NCBI RefSeq assembly: GCF_009914755.1
Contig: NC_060936.1
Length of the DNA stretch: 64,000 nt
Origin: the human T2T-CHM13v2.0 reference genome, Homo sapiens
Reading direction: 5' to 3' (one strand)
Shown: piece by piece, positions 42,480-64,000 of the stretch
How positions within the stretch are numbered: position 1 is the stretch's first letter
How the letters are laid out: every line of letters begins with the position of its first letter
Program-made: the position numbers and the translations under genes
The notes under the pieces: generated by a model
The model's database searches: none
Told to the model about the DNA's origin: nothing
The model's input: only the letters and a program-made list of their open reading frames with translations

Positions 42480-45090
42480 TGGTTGATGCCTTTAGAGTTT
42501 TATTGTAAATGTATGATAAAAAAGAGTAAATGTGGGGTTAAATATAATAAATGTTCTTTATATTTCTTTTGTACTCATTGACTATTTAAAGCAAAATATG
42601 ATAACAATGAATTGTGGAGTTTATAATAATGTAGAAACTAAACACATTATAACCAATGCATAAAAAATGAAGTGAAGTGTCAATAGAATTATTCTGCTGA
42701 AAGTTCCTTATATTGTTAAGAATCACAATAATATTTCTGGATGGACCGTGAGAAGTTAAGAATGCATATTTTAATATCTAGGATAACCATTAAAAATATA
42801 CAAAGAAGTAGAGCTAAAAATCCAGTAAGTAGAATACTAAAGTCCTTGATTAATTTTTGGAAAACAGGAACAAGGAACAAAAGAACAAAGAGGGAATCAT
42901 TTAAAAATAGCAAATGGTAGACTAAAACTTAACCATGTTAAAATTACATTAAATGCAAATGACTACTACATACTTTAATTAAAAATAAAGATTATCAGAT
43001 TGGATTAATGCTTTTGTAACAGAAACATATCACAAATAGATTAAAGTAAAAAGATGGAAAAAATACATTATGCAAACTCTAAAATTAAGATAGAATAGCT
43101 ATATTTATGGCTACTGAAGTAGATTTTAAGACAAGGAGAACTACCAGAAATAAAAGGGGACATTTAGGAAAATAAAAGGGCTAATTCAACAAAAGACACA
43201 GCAATCTTCAATACAAATAAATGTAATAATATATTTTAATACACAAAAATTGGCAAAAGTAAAGGGAGAAAGAGACAAAACAGTCATAGAGATTTTAATC
43301 TTAGTGAGTAAGAGAACAAGTAGGTAAAAATCAGTAAAAATAAAAAAGATTTGAACATCAAACAATTTTACCTAATTGACATTAAACAATTTATACCACA
43401 CTGCAAAATACAAATTTTTATCAAGTATTCATTACATTCATCAATATAAACAATATGCTGAACCATAAAACAAGTCTCAATAAATTAACAGTATTTGAAA
43501 TTTTGTCCTATATCTTCTGAAAAAAAAGACTTAAACCAGAAATAAAGTGTGCAAAATCTCCCAAAATGTGAAATCAAGCAGCACATATCTAAATGGTCCA
43601 TAAGTTAAAGAATAAATAATAATAGAGATTACTATAATTTAGATTTGAATGTTAATGGAAACACAGCATATCAAAATTTGTGGGATATAGCAAAAGAAGT
43701 GTTTGGAAGCATACGTATAGATTTAAATGAATATTTTAGGAAAGAAGAATAGTTAAAAATCAAGACCTATTCTTTCAACTCAAGAAGGTAGGAAACAAGT
43801 TTAAATTAAGCACAAGAAAATTTTTAAAAAACTAAAGATGATCATAATTTGATGAAATTGAAAGTAAAAGTATGAGGACTAAAATCAATAATATCAAAAG
43901 TTGGTTTAAAACTATATATTAATAAAATTGATAAACCAGTAGTAAAAAAAAGATTAATGAAGAAAGACACAACTCAAAAATCAATTTTAGGAATGGAAAA
44001 TCACTTTTAAAAAACTCCACACATTAAATGGATAGATAGAGAATATTTTGAACAAATTTATACTAATAAATTTTACAACATAAAGAAAATAAATGGACAA
44101 ATGTCTTGAAAATCAGCATTTTATAAAATTGACACAATATTTTGATATGTTGTTTATTGAATGATTACTAGTGAATAAGTGCATAAAATGCACTAGTTTT
44201 AATGTACAATTTTTTTTACATATGTATACGTCAGTGAAACTACCTACCTCAAGATTGGAATTTTTATTTCATATATGCGTGCCATGTTATTTATCACATA
44301 AAGTCTCATAAATATTACATTCCGTACTATGTGTTTTATAAAGTAACATTAAATCCTTGAACTTTGCCTAATAAAAGTATTGCTTATTTTTTTATTTCTT
44401 TGATTTCTATTATTATTTTTCGACTATTGTCTTCTTTGTCTTGTACAAATGAAAGAATCCGGGGTTAGAGATTGACTTTGAACCCAATATAAATCTTTTA
44501 ACAGGGATATTTAACCAATGTATGAATGAGATCATTCATCTGCATCTTCATCAATCTAAATAGTCTTATGCCATTACATAAATTAAATACGTAATTTAAA
44601 ATATTCTTAACAGAAAATTCAGGTGAATTCTAAGAGAAAAGCAACACCAATCTTATACAAATCTCTTTGTGAAACTGAAAGAGAAAACCTTTTGGAACTT
44701 TATGAGTCAACTTTTACCCTGACACCAAACCAGAAAAAACATTACAGGTTAGAAAATTATAGCTCAATATAGATGCAAAAAATCTTCAACAAAATTATAA
44801 TCAATTGAATCCAGCAACACATATAAAGAATATTATATCATGGGATTTATCTCAGGAATAAAAAGTTGAATTAGGACTTGAAAATTAATCAACATAATCA
44901 GGAACAAAACTGGAAACACCATTAACAGAAAACTCCCCAGAAAATGAAAAATCTGTGAGAAATCTGACTTGGATTGGGGGAATTTAATTGCTGTTTACAG
45001 TCTGCCACTCTTCATAGATTCAATGAGAAAAATTATATGATCATCTCAATAGAGTCATGAAAACCATTTGGTAAAACTCTGCATCAATTC
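42480..45090 (+). mobile_element. Old L1M ORF2 (endonuclease to RT) remnant, with an oppositely oriented L1 piece ~44130-44550
   Basis: Degenerate EN/RT sequence (TTACATTAAATGCAAATG, AACCATAAAACAAGTCTCAATAAAT, ATAGATGCAAAAAATCTTCAACAAAAT). Confidence 0.75.
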
Positions 45091-45091
45091 C

Positions 45092-46900
<1,809 letters not shown>

Positions 46901-47909
46901 ATTTTTGACAAAGATGCAAAAGTAATTCAGGGGAGCAAGGATAGTCTATTCAAGAAATGGTGTTGAAACACCATTTAATGCCTATAAGAAAAGAAAAAAC
47001 TTTGACCTAAAGAGCAAAAATTAACCCAAAATGAATCATAAATTTAAATAAAACTATTAGAAGAAAAACAGGAGAAAATCCTCAGGACAGGGCTAGATGA
47101 AACTTCCTCATATAATGAATTATTTTGATTTTTATCAAGACCGAAAACTATTTTTAAAAAGTCAACAAATTTGACCTCATCAAAATAAGAAACTTCTACT
47201 TTCTAAAGTACCCTGTTAGGAAGATGAGAGGACAAACTACAAACTAGGAGAAAATATATTCAAACCATATATTTAAGAAAGAACTCCTATCTAGAGAAAG
47301 AAGTCTCAAAACTCAACAGTAAAAAAAAAAAAGAAAAAAATTCAATTAGAAAATGAACAGAAGACTGACATTTAGCCACAGAGATATACAGATGGAAAAT
47401 AAGCACATGAAAACATGCTAAACATCATTAGCCATTAGTGAAATGCAAATTAAAACCACAAGGACATATCACGACACACCAATTAGGAAAGCAAAAATAA
47501 AAAATAATGACAATACCAAATACTGGTGAAGATATGGAGAAAATTGATCAGTCTTACTTTTCTGGTGGGAATGCAAAATGGTATAGCCACTCTAGGAAAT
47601 AGTTTGGCAATTTCTTACAAAAAAAAAAAGAACACCTAAACATACACTTACATATGACTTAGACTTGCAATTGCACTTCTGGGCACTTTTTCCTTTTTCT
47701 TTTTTCCTAGAAAAAGGAAAACATTGCTACATAAAAACCTGCTCACAAATATTTATGGATACTCCCGATTCAATGCTCTTGAGAAACAGGAGTTTAGTGA
47801 CTCTATACATGTTTGTAATAGCTCAAACTTGTAAACATCCAAATTTCCATCAATAGATGAAAGTTAAACTGTGGTACATCTATACCATGGAATATGACTT
47901 GGTCACTAA

Positions 47910-48333
<424 letters not shown>

Positions 48334-48631
48334 TCTTTTTTTTTTTTTTTTTTTTTTTTTGAGATGGAGTCTCTGTCACCCAGACTGGAGGGCAATGGCA
48401 CGGTCTTGGCTCACTGCAACCTCCGCCTCCTAGGTTCAAGCAATTCTCCTCCTCATCCTCCTGAGTAGTTGGGATTACAAGCACCGCCCCCACACCTGGC
48501 TGATTTTTGTATTTTTAGTAGCGATGGGGTTTCACCCTGTTGGCCAGGCTGGATCTCCTGACCTCAGGTGATCCACCCGCCTTGGCCTCCCAAAGTGCTG
48601 GGATTACAGGCATGAGTCACCACGCCTGGCC
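48334..48631 (-). mobile_element. AluS
   Basis: Reverse Alu. TSD CTATTTATA(T/C)AACATTCTT at 48011-29 and 48634-52 encloses both Alus. Confidence 0.93.
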
Positions 48632-49039
48632 ACCTATTTATACAACATTCTTGAAATAACAAAATTACAGAACTGAAGAACAGATTGGTGATCGCCAGGG
48701 GTTAAAGATAGTGTGGGTAGTGAGTGGTTGTGACTTAATGGGTTAGCATGAAGGATCCTTGTGGTGTTGAAACAGTGCTGTATCTAGATATTGTGGGAGT
48801 GATTACTTCAATTTATACATGTGATAAAATCACATAAACCTACACATATACAAAAATAAATGCATGTAAAACTGTTGAAATCTTTAAAAGGTCTGTAGAT
48901 AATACCAATGTCAATTTCTTATTTTGATATCATACTATTGTTACAAAAAACATTACCATTGGGAAAAGTAGGTGAAGTCTACACAGGACCCCTGTGTATT
49001 ATTTTTGTAACTTCTTGTGAATTTATAATTAGTTAAAAA

Positions 49040-49970
49040 TAAAAAGATGTTTAAAAATAACCTTGGCAATTATACCTACATTAAGACTGTTGCTTTTGTG
49101 ATGAGTTGTTTCTGGACTCTGTTCTGTTCCATTGAGCTATTTGTCTACCCTTGTGTCAATATGACAATATCTTAATGTAGCTTTATGATAAATATTGATA
49201 TCTGGTAGAGAAAGTCTCCAGTTTTATTCTACATTTAAAAGATTGTCTGAGCTTTACTTGGAACATTGCATTTCCACATAAATTTTGTAATCAATTTCCA
49301 CCCCAAAAAAGCTACTTGGAGTTTGATTAGAAATAAAATTATATGTCATAATCAATATTCTTTTGCAATACAGAATATTCTGGTCCATGAACATTTTATA
49401 TCTCTCCATTTATTTAAGTCTTTTACAACTTCTTTCAGTTACGTTTTTGCAGTTTTCAGCATAGAGATCTTGTATATCACTTATTAAATTTATTTATACA
49501 TATTGAATGTTTTGCAGCTATTCATTTGTAGAATATATAGATATATAATAGATTTTTGCATATTTTCCTTGTATCTTTCAACTTTGATAACTTCATTTAT
49601 TTTTATAGTATTGTTTATGTATTAATTTAAATTTTTATGTATCCAGTCATGTAATCTGTGAATAATGATAGATCCCAATCCTTATACATTTTATATATTT
49701 TGTCTTATGTATTTACAACTCATGTATTTTATTATACTACCTAACTTCTTGTACAATAATGAATAGAAATAACAAGGGCAGATATCTTGTTTCATTCCTA
49801 ATCTTGAGGGAAAGTTTTAGTATTTCACCATTTGATAAGATTTTTGTCTGTTTGTTTGTAGATTATCTTTATCAAATTAAGGGGATTTTTTCTTTCTATT
49901 CCTAGTTTTTTGCCCTTTTTAATTATCAATGAGTATTCATCCTTTAATTGTAATAAATTAACATGACCTT
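49040..49970 (-). mobile_element. Old L1M ORF2 fragment
   Basis: Reverse ORF2-like sequence (CTCTGTTCTGTTCCATTG, ATCTTGTTTCATTCCTAATCTTGAGGGAAAG). Confidence 0.7.
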
Positions 49971-50282
49971 CTGAATTACTAGACTTTGAATTCTGGCTTA
50001 TTTTAATCACATTCCAATTTATTTGTTTAGTGACTCTAATGTACCAGGCCATCTGCTAAGTACAGGTAATATAACAATGAACTGTCATAGAGTGAGTATA
50101 AATAAGCATTTCTGAAGTAGAACTAAAAAGAAATCACTAACTATGAACATAATAAATACCAAAGAAAAACTACATCTTATTAAAATAATAAATTTAAGCA
50201 AAACTTAGTTGATTACAATAATTAGAATAATTTAATGCAAATACTTATGCACAATTCAATTTAAATTATTTTTATCTTTCAG

Positions 50283-50528
50283 ATTTGGGATAAAGGTTTA
50301 GCAAAGATGGCTAAAGCATGGGCAAACCAGTGCAAATTTGAACATAATGACTGTTTGGATAAATCATATAAATGCTATGCAGCTTTTGAATATGTTGGAG
50401 AAAATATCTGGTTAGGTGGAATAAAGTCATTCACACCAAGACATGCCATTACGGCTTGGTATAATGAAACCCAATTTTATGATTTTGATAGTCTATCATG
50501 CTCCAGAGTCTGTGGCCATTATACACAG
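50283..50528 (+). CDS. GLIPR1L1: GLIPR1L1 exon 2 (IWDKGLAKMAKAWANQCKFEHN...GENIW...AWYNE...CGHYTQ)
   Basis: Acceptor TTTATCTTTCAG, donor CAG|GTAAAT, 246 nt. Carries the CAP motifs GENI and GHYTQ. Confidence 0.97.
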
Positions 50529-50579
50529 GTAAATATTTGACATCTTTATTGATTAGTTCTTATTTGTGCATATTTTAAT

Positions 50580-51970
50580 TGCCAGAATTTATTTCTCTGT
50601 ATGTAAAGTGCCTTTATTTTTCTGGCTGCCTTTACATTTTTTCCTTTATCATAGGTCTTGAGCAATTTAATAATAATATACCAAAGTTTTCTGTATGTTT
50701 CTTGTGCTGCAGTTCACTGGCCTTTTTGAAGTTGTAAGTCTATAACTTAAATCAAATTTAGAAGAATGTTGGCCATTGTTTCTGGAAATACTTCTTTCTC
50801 TCACTCTCTCTCTTCCCTTCCCTGGAAGTGGGAAGTTCTCTTCAAGTTACTCATGTAGAAAGCCACTTGAAGTTCTCCCCACATAAACTGATGCTCTTGT
50901 CTTTTTTCTTGGTTTTCTTCTCTCTGTGATTAATTTCAAGTAATTTTATTGCTACATCTTTAAGTTTGCTAATCTAGCCTTCTGTAATGTTTAGTCTCCT
51001 GTTAATCCCATTCAGTTTGTTTTCAATCTTGCACCTTAAAGTTTGTATCTCTACAAATTTAATATTTTTACATCTTCAATGAATATACCTAATATGTTTT
51101 CTCTTTCATCTAGCTTTTTAAGCATATGAGATAGAGTTGCAATAATTAATATTTTCCCTGCTAGCTCTAGTATCTATGTTAGCTCTGTGTTAGTTTCAAT
51201 AGATTGATTTTTCTCTTCATTATGAATCGAATTTTCTTCCATCATATCATGTTGGGTAAATTTTATTATATTCGCAATTTGTACATTTTGCCTTGTTGAG
51301 TGCTGGGTTCATCTGTATACTATAAATATTCTTGAGCTGTCTTTTTGGGTACAGCTAAGTTACCTGCAATTTATTTGATCCTCTTTGTTCCTGCTTTTAA
51401 AATATGTTAGGTAGAATAAAAGTAGCGTTTAGTCCAGAGCTGATAATGATCTCTCACTACAGAGGCAAGATTCTTCTGCACACTCTAACTAATACCCTGA
51501 GAATTATGAAGTTGTCCAGTTTGGAAAGTGAGAATAGGTCCAATTTCTGGCTTTGTGTAAACCGTGGTATTATCTCCTCTAGTTCTTGTAAATGGGTCAG
51601 ACTAGTTTCTTCACATACATGTTTTGATTAGTACTTTGCTGAATAGATGATGAGGACCCTCTGCACATTGTCCTAGTGTGTCACTGTACAATTCTCACCT
51701 CTTCAGTACTATGCCATCTAAACTTCTGTGTCCATGGTCTCCCCAAGACTCTCAATCAGACTCTCATAACTATGAGAGTGTATCAAACTTCTCCTGAGCC
51801 ATAATCTAGAAACTGTCTCCAGGCAATAAACCAGGACAATTATACAGTTTCTATCTTTTTTTTTCTGCAAATCTCAGGGGTATTATGTTGTGTTGCCTAA
51901 TGTCTTGAAAACCATTACTTCCTATAATTTTCTCAATTTTTAAAATTATTTCAGATAGAAGTGTAAGTGT
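50580..51970 (-). mobile_element. Old L1M 5'/ORF1-like fragment
   Basis: T-rich reverse ORF1-like sequence. Boundaries are approximate. Confidence 0.5.
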
Positions 51971-52985
51971 GTCTAAAATTCACCTTTTGGGCCATACTTT
52001 AATCCTAGACATGGTACTGAGCCCCTAGGAAAGCCTGTTTAAGCAATATAAAGAGCTAACCTTCTTCTCTAGACTTACCCATTTGTATAAGTTGAATTAA
52101 TATATAGGGTCTTAAAGCAACTTGTTCTTATCAGAGGTGCAGTGAACAAATAATAGCAACTTCCATGTTCCCTTTATGTTCACTCTTCGTTCAACAACAG
52201 GTTGTTCTAAGTCTAGACACTCTCCAGGACATCAGGAAAAATGTTGGTAAAGTATATGGTTTGGATACTAAGGGAAAATTGAGAGAATGAATCAGGTGTC
52301 AGATGTCCTGACTAACAAAAAGATGCAATATCCCTAAGATGATATCAAGGCTGAGTCATAGCTTTTATATATCCTTTGTCTTCTCTTTTGCTGTAAAGTA
52401 AAAAAACAAACAAAACAAACAAAACAAAAAAAGCTGGTTCTCAAATGCCCCTTCTCCCTTCGTATTACTAAATCAGAAAGGGGAGCTTACTCTTTATTGG
52501 CTAGTTTACACACAAGGTTAAGTAATTAGGAATGGTTATATTCTTATAAAATCAACAACTATATCTTGCTTAATGTTCTAAACAAAATAAGGGAAAATTT
52601 TCTTGCACTTATCACCTACTGATATTCATATTAGAGTTACATCCAATGTTCATATTAATATTACATCTAGTTTCTTTAATGAAAGCAATACATCGTAAAC
52701 CTACATAGTGAATATTTATTCTCACGATTCCAAAAGCCCCAAAAAGTCACAATTTAGATAAAATTTAATGATGTAGTTAGTTATTCATAAGCCAAATTGT
52801 TAAACATGATTTTTTGGAAATATATATATTTTAGTTGTATTTTTGGTTAATTGTTTAAAACATTCAAAAGGAAAAATGCTCTTTTAATCATCTCACCTTA
52901 TCTCATTTCATTAAGTGGGAAACTACCTCAGAATTGATCTGTCACTTACTCACCAAAACCACAAAGATGGCTGAAAGCAAAACTC

Positions 52986-53240
52986 TTTTTTTTTTTTTGA
53001 GACGGAGTCTCGCCCTGTAACCCAGACTGGAGTACAGTGGCGTGATCTCAACTCACTGCAACCTCCACTTCCTGAGTTCAAGCAATTCTCCTGCCTCAGC
53101 CTCCTGAGTAGCTAGGATTACAGGCACATGCCACCACGCTCAGCTAGTTTTTGTATTTTTAGTAGAAACGGGGTTTTGCCATGTTGGCCAGGCTGACCTC
53201 GAACTCCTGACCTCGCAATCTGCCCGCCTCAGCCTCCCAA
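52986..53240 (-). mobile_element. AluS, 5'-truncated
   Basis: Reverse Alu ending at CCTCCCAAA, lacking the first ~35 nt. Confidence 0.92.
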
Positions 53241-54211
53241 ATCTCGTTTTTAAGTTCTCAGTTCACTTTGATTTTTCTTGCACTTTTGCTGGTAAATATT
53301 TTTTTTGCTGGTAAAATATATTTTGCAAAACTATTGACTCTGGCTAGGACAAGGCTATAGAAAACAATTGATACATCAATTTACGAAATAGCTTAGTACA
53401 TTTTGCTAATAAAGTTGTAAAATAAATGAGATCAGAAATTTGTGTTGTTAAAATTTATTCTGTGTCTAAATTCCTTGAATTATTTTTCAAATGGAGTAAA
53501 CCAGTATTTTTTTCCCTTTTTTGTTTATTTGGAAAATGAAAAAATTTTATTCTATCATTGTCACAAAAACTAGTAATGTTCCTCACCTCTTTACCTATCT
53601 CCTATAACTAGTTTTCCATAGAAGTCTTCTTCCTTTTGAATAACTTTGCTATTCTTTGCAACTAGATAAAAATAAAAATTCACCATCCTTACGGCAGGCA
53701 TCTTTGAAAATCAACTCAATATGTTTTTCATTCCTACCTATGTCTTGTGACTTGACAAAGGTAAGAATATGGTTAAGATTGCAAAATTTAAGATGTAATT
53801 TGTAAAATTTTTCTGAGAAAAACAAATAAATGTAAGTTATTGTTTTCATTTATAGTCTGATTTTCATATTGTTTGTATGATATTCCCAGGGATAGAATTA
53901 AAATGTATTTCATAAATAATCTAGAAGAAATTATTTTGGCTGTATATTATGAATTTGGTTATATATTATATTATCCTTTTGATTTATAAGAATTACCAGT
54001 AAGGAAAAACTAGCTTGGTAGCTCTCATAAAATCAGCCATGACAATATAAGAATTTTAATATAAATATAAACATTAGAAAAAATATGTAACTAATAAATA
54101 TTTATGTACATTATTTTTTGTAGCATGACAAAGATTATACCAATTCTCTAAATGCATTGTTTGCATAGAATTGTTTTCCATATTTTATCTTGACATTCCT
54201 TTTCTTTATAG

Positions 54212-54312
54212 TTAGTTTGGGCCAATTCATTTTATGTCGGTTGTGCAGTTGCAATGTGTCCTAACCTTGGGGGAGCTTCAACTGCAATATTTGTATGCAA
54301 CTACGGACCTGC
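54212..54312 (+). CDS. GLIPR1L1: GLIPR1L1 exon 3 (LVWANSFYVGCAVAMCPNLGGASTAIFVCNYGPA); the gene continues beyond the right edge
   Basis: Acceptor TTTCTTTATAG, donor GC|GTGAGT, 101 nt. Completes the CRISP-type signatures GHYTQLVW and FVCNYGP. Confidence 0.96.
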
Positions 54313-55269
54313 GTGAGTTATTTTCTCTTAAAAATATTTTAATTGAAATTAATGTTGATGATGGTTGCCAAATAAGAGGACCTTATACTAGACACAAGTG
54401 TATTTTTGATAAGTAATGACTCCCTCTACAATGCTAATCAAATGAGATAGGTGAAAATAGAAGATGGTGACAGAATATTGCCTTACTTAAAGAAAAATTA
54501 TACCTATTATAAGATATTTAAACTTGAGAGAGAAAATGATGGAGACTGATAGGTTTAAAAAAAGAGATAATATAAAATATGTTGCCACAGTAATATATAA
54601 ATACTGAAACACAAAAAGGCTGGCAGATGCTTCTCTAATATAATATAAAATAAGTGGAATAAGAAAATGATTGAGAATGATTGTAAAAGAACATACTTTT
54701 AAGAAAAGAACAACATAACTTTAATTGTCTTGCTGATAATTGCATATCTAAATGAAAATATAGCATAAGCTTAAAGGGAAACTCCAAAAATGAAATTCTA
54801 GTCCTCTAATCCTGGTGAATCTATACTAGGAAGACTATAAAAACAGTTAATAACCCAGCTCTTCAACAAACATCAATTTAAAAATAAGCAGTAGAAAAGA
54901 TAAAAACAAAGACAAAGAATAAATATGCAAAACTGATGAAAAGGAGCTGAGATATGCCAAAAGTACTAGAGAGAGGCAGAAATGTGTATATATCTCTCTG
55001 TATTTTCTTCCATGACCTTTCACTTGGAAGCAAAAACAAGAATGAAAAATACAAATTTTTATAGCTTGGGAAAAGTAGAGTTTTTATAGATTCAGAGAAA
55101 TTATAAAACTACTGACACATTTATTATCATCTTTTCTCTTAAGGAGACTAATCACAAGATTTGAAATGGAAAGAGAATAATAATAGGGGATGAAGGCTCA
55201 AGATTTGATGAAAAAGCAGTTAAGCATCATACTGCTTTGAATAAGTCAGGTTTTGGGGTCCAAACAAAT

Positions 55270-56500
55270 TATGTACGTAACAGATTTCTTATGGGTCTTG
55301 TGAAAGCATACGAGAATAGTGTTATGTCACCCCTGGCCAAGTGGTAGGGACCAATATACCCTGTCACTTGAAACAAAAGCCATAAAAAGCAAAACAGATG
55401 AAGCACATGAAGCAATGGTTTTAAAGACACTGGCTATAATACAACAAAGGGCCGTGATCTCTGAAAAATAACAACAAAAAAAAGTTAGCCCTATAATTCC
55501 CCCAGCTTCCTGTCTCAGTGAGAGTGTTCAGGTCATGGAATATGAAATTACTAAGACAGAGGTTGGCTGGCTCCCTGGGTTGAAGAAATGGAGCTAAAAG
55601 TATAGGAATACCAATACAGCTAGAGTTCACGGAAAAGAGTACCAGAGAAAAGAGAACTACACACAGAGAGAACCCTAGAAATCTGCAAATAATATTCCTA
55701 GAGTATTGATTAACACATGCACGTGAGGAAACAACTTCAGGCCAGGTTAAGAAGCATCTGAAAGAATAAGAGGACACAGTTCTTGGCACTCACACAGGGA
55801 GCAGAACTAAACTGCTCCAGACCCACCTAACAATTCATAATGTAAAACCTGAAAGGATCAAAATGTTCCCATGTAATTTGACTGTATCCCACATAAGAAA
55901 TGATTGAAAATGATTATAAAAGCACAGAATTTTAAGAAAAGAACAACATAACTTTAACAACAACAACAGCAAAAAAACTCAAGGAGGTTTACAGAAATAC
56001 ACAATACCCAGCACCTAACACTTACAATGTCTGGCATCTAATGAAATATTACCAGCCATATAAAGAAGGAAAAAAATAAGACATAAGAAGAAGCTGAATC
56101 AATAAGTTGAAATGAATGCAGAACTTACACAGATGTTATAATTAAAAGAGAAAGACATTAAAATGGTTATTATAACTGTACTCTATATTTTTAAATGTTA
56201 AGCAAAGATATGAAAAATATTAAAAACAGAGGACTACAATGTCTGAGATTTTTTAGAAGTTAAAATTAATGAAATATTAGACATTCCAGAAAAAAAGATT
56301 AATGAATTCAAAATCATAACATTAGAAATTATCCAAGACAGTGATTCAGGAGTTCAAGACTGCAGTGAGCCATGATTGCCTTGAGAAACAGAGCAAGACC
56401 CTATCTCTTTAAAAAAAGAAAAGAAAAAAATTATCCAAGATAGAATCCATAGAGGAAAAAATATCCAAAAAGATAAAAAGTGTATCAGCTGCAATACAAC
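55270..56500 (+). mobile_element. Old L1M 5' region/ORF1, containing an Alu monomer fragment (56341-56427, TSD AAATTATCCAAGA)
   Basis: L1M motifs ACAATGTCTGGCATC..ATTACCAG and ACACAGATGTTA..GACATTAAAA..GTTATTATAACTGTA. Confidence 0.65.
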
Positions 56501-56529
56501 TTTTAGTGGAAATTGATTTCCTTACATTG

Positions 56530-62763
<6,234 letters not shown>

Positions 62764-62764
62764 G

Positions 62765-64000
62765 AGATGCCAGCAGATTTTTCAGTGGACATAATGCAAA
62801 AGAAGCAATATCTTTAAAAACAAAAGCAAAATAAAACTGTCAACTGAAAATTCTATACACAGAAAATCTTTTAAAAATAAACATTAAATATGTTTATAGA
62901 TGACTGGAGATGATAAGTTTGTGGATAAATATATAAGATGTTTTCTTATTTAATTCTCTTTCAAAGATAATTATTTAATCAAAATAAATGTATTGTGATA
63001 TTGTATATGTAAAATTGAACCACCTTGAAGTTCTTCTAATCCATGTGAAGTGCGATAATCTAACTTGATCGTGATAAGTAAAAGATGCACACTATAAATT
63101 CTAAAGTAACTGCTAAAATTAAGCAAAACAAAGAGTAATCGCAAATAAGCCAACAAAGCAGGTAAAATGGAATTTTTAAAAGATATTTAATTAACCCAAA
63201 GAAAGGCAAAAAGAAAGGAAAAGGGAAACAGAAAACAGATGAAGCAAATAAAATGAATAAGATGATAGCATCAAACCTAACTATAAATAATAATGTTAAA
63301 TTTAAATGGTATAAATGCCCCAAACTAAAAAACAGAAATTGCACAATTGGCTAAGAAATTGAAAACCAGCTTTATGCTGCCTATGAAAAACTTTAGGATT
63401 CTTTTTTTCACTTTGAATATAAAAACACAAATAGACTAGAAGCAAAAGAATGGAAAAAAGTTTACCATGCTAACATCAGTCAAAGAAGGCTACAGTGCTA
63501 GGCACAACAGCAGACACGTAATCCCAACAACTCAAGAGGCTGATGTGGGAGAATCATTTGAGGCAAGAAATTCAAGACCAGCCCTAGCAACAGAGTGAGA
63601 CTGCATCTATAGAAAAATTAAAAAAAAAAATTACTTTGGCATGGTGGCACATGCCTGTAGTTCAGTTACTCAGGAGGCTGAGGTGGTAGTATAAGTAAAG
63701 CCTAGAATTTTGCAGCTGCAGTGAACTATAATTTCACCACTGTACTCCAGCCTGGGAAACAGTGTGAGACTCCATCGCTAAATAAATAAATAAATGCTGC
63801 ACTGTTTACATTAGTATCAGAAAATGTAGATTTCAGAGCAAAGAATATTATCAGAGATAAATTTCACTTCACAATGATAATTGGGTTAATTAATCAAGAG
63901 AACATAAGAGTCCTACATGTTAAGCAGCTAAAAACATAGATTAAAATTATGTAAAATAAGATCCAATATTACTGTAAAGAGAATTAGATAAATCCATAAT
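62765..64000 (+). mobile_element. Old L1M (ORF1 end to ORF2 start), interrupted by an AluJ at ~63497-63794
   Basis: Degenerate ORF2 N-terminal sequence (TAAATGGTATAAATGCCCCAA, ATCAGAAAATGTAGATTTCAGAGCAAAG) and a highly diverged Alu dimer with a (TAAA)n tail. Confidence 0.72.

Overview
Human (primate) genomic DNA matching the CAPS2 / GLIPR1L1 locus, which I recall as chr12q21. On the minus strand are 12 coding exons of CAPS2 (calcyphosine 2), 36449 down to 5288, all with canonical GT-AG sites and compatible phases. Its CpG-island promoter lies at ~36.6-37.0 kb and its 3' EF-hand exons fall off the left edge. On the plus strand are exons 1-3 of GLIPR1L1 (CAP/SCP family; 41321-54312), arranged head-to-head with CAPS2. 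A full-length, disabled but still CpG-rich necdin (NDN) retrocopy sits antisense in a CAPS2 intron (11965-13543). The rest is Alu (including a human-specific AluYa5), nested L1s, solo LTRs (MER51, MER61, MST, MLT1, MER34-like), DNA transposons and simple repeats. I found no convincing wholly new biological system. The best leads are: (i) a DM10-like region in CAPS2 whose core is one skippable in-frame exon, together with a perfect RFX X-box in the promoter; (ii) the CpG-retaining NDN retrocopy as a possible antisense promoter or DMR; (iii) a ~200-bp direct repeat bracketing an in-frame CAPS2 exon; (iv) several locally templated insertion scars. Gene and repeat-family names come from recalled sequences, not from database searches.
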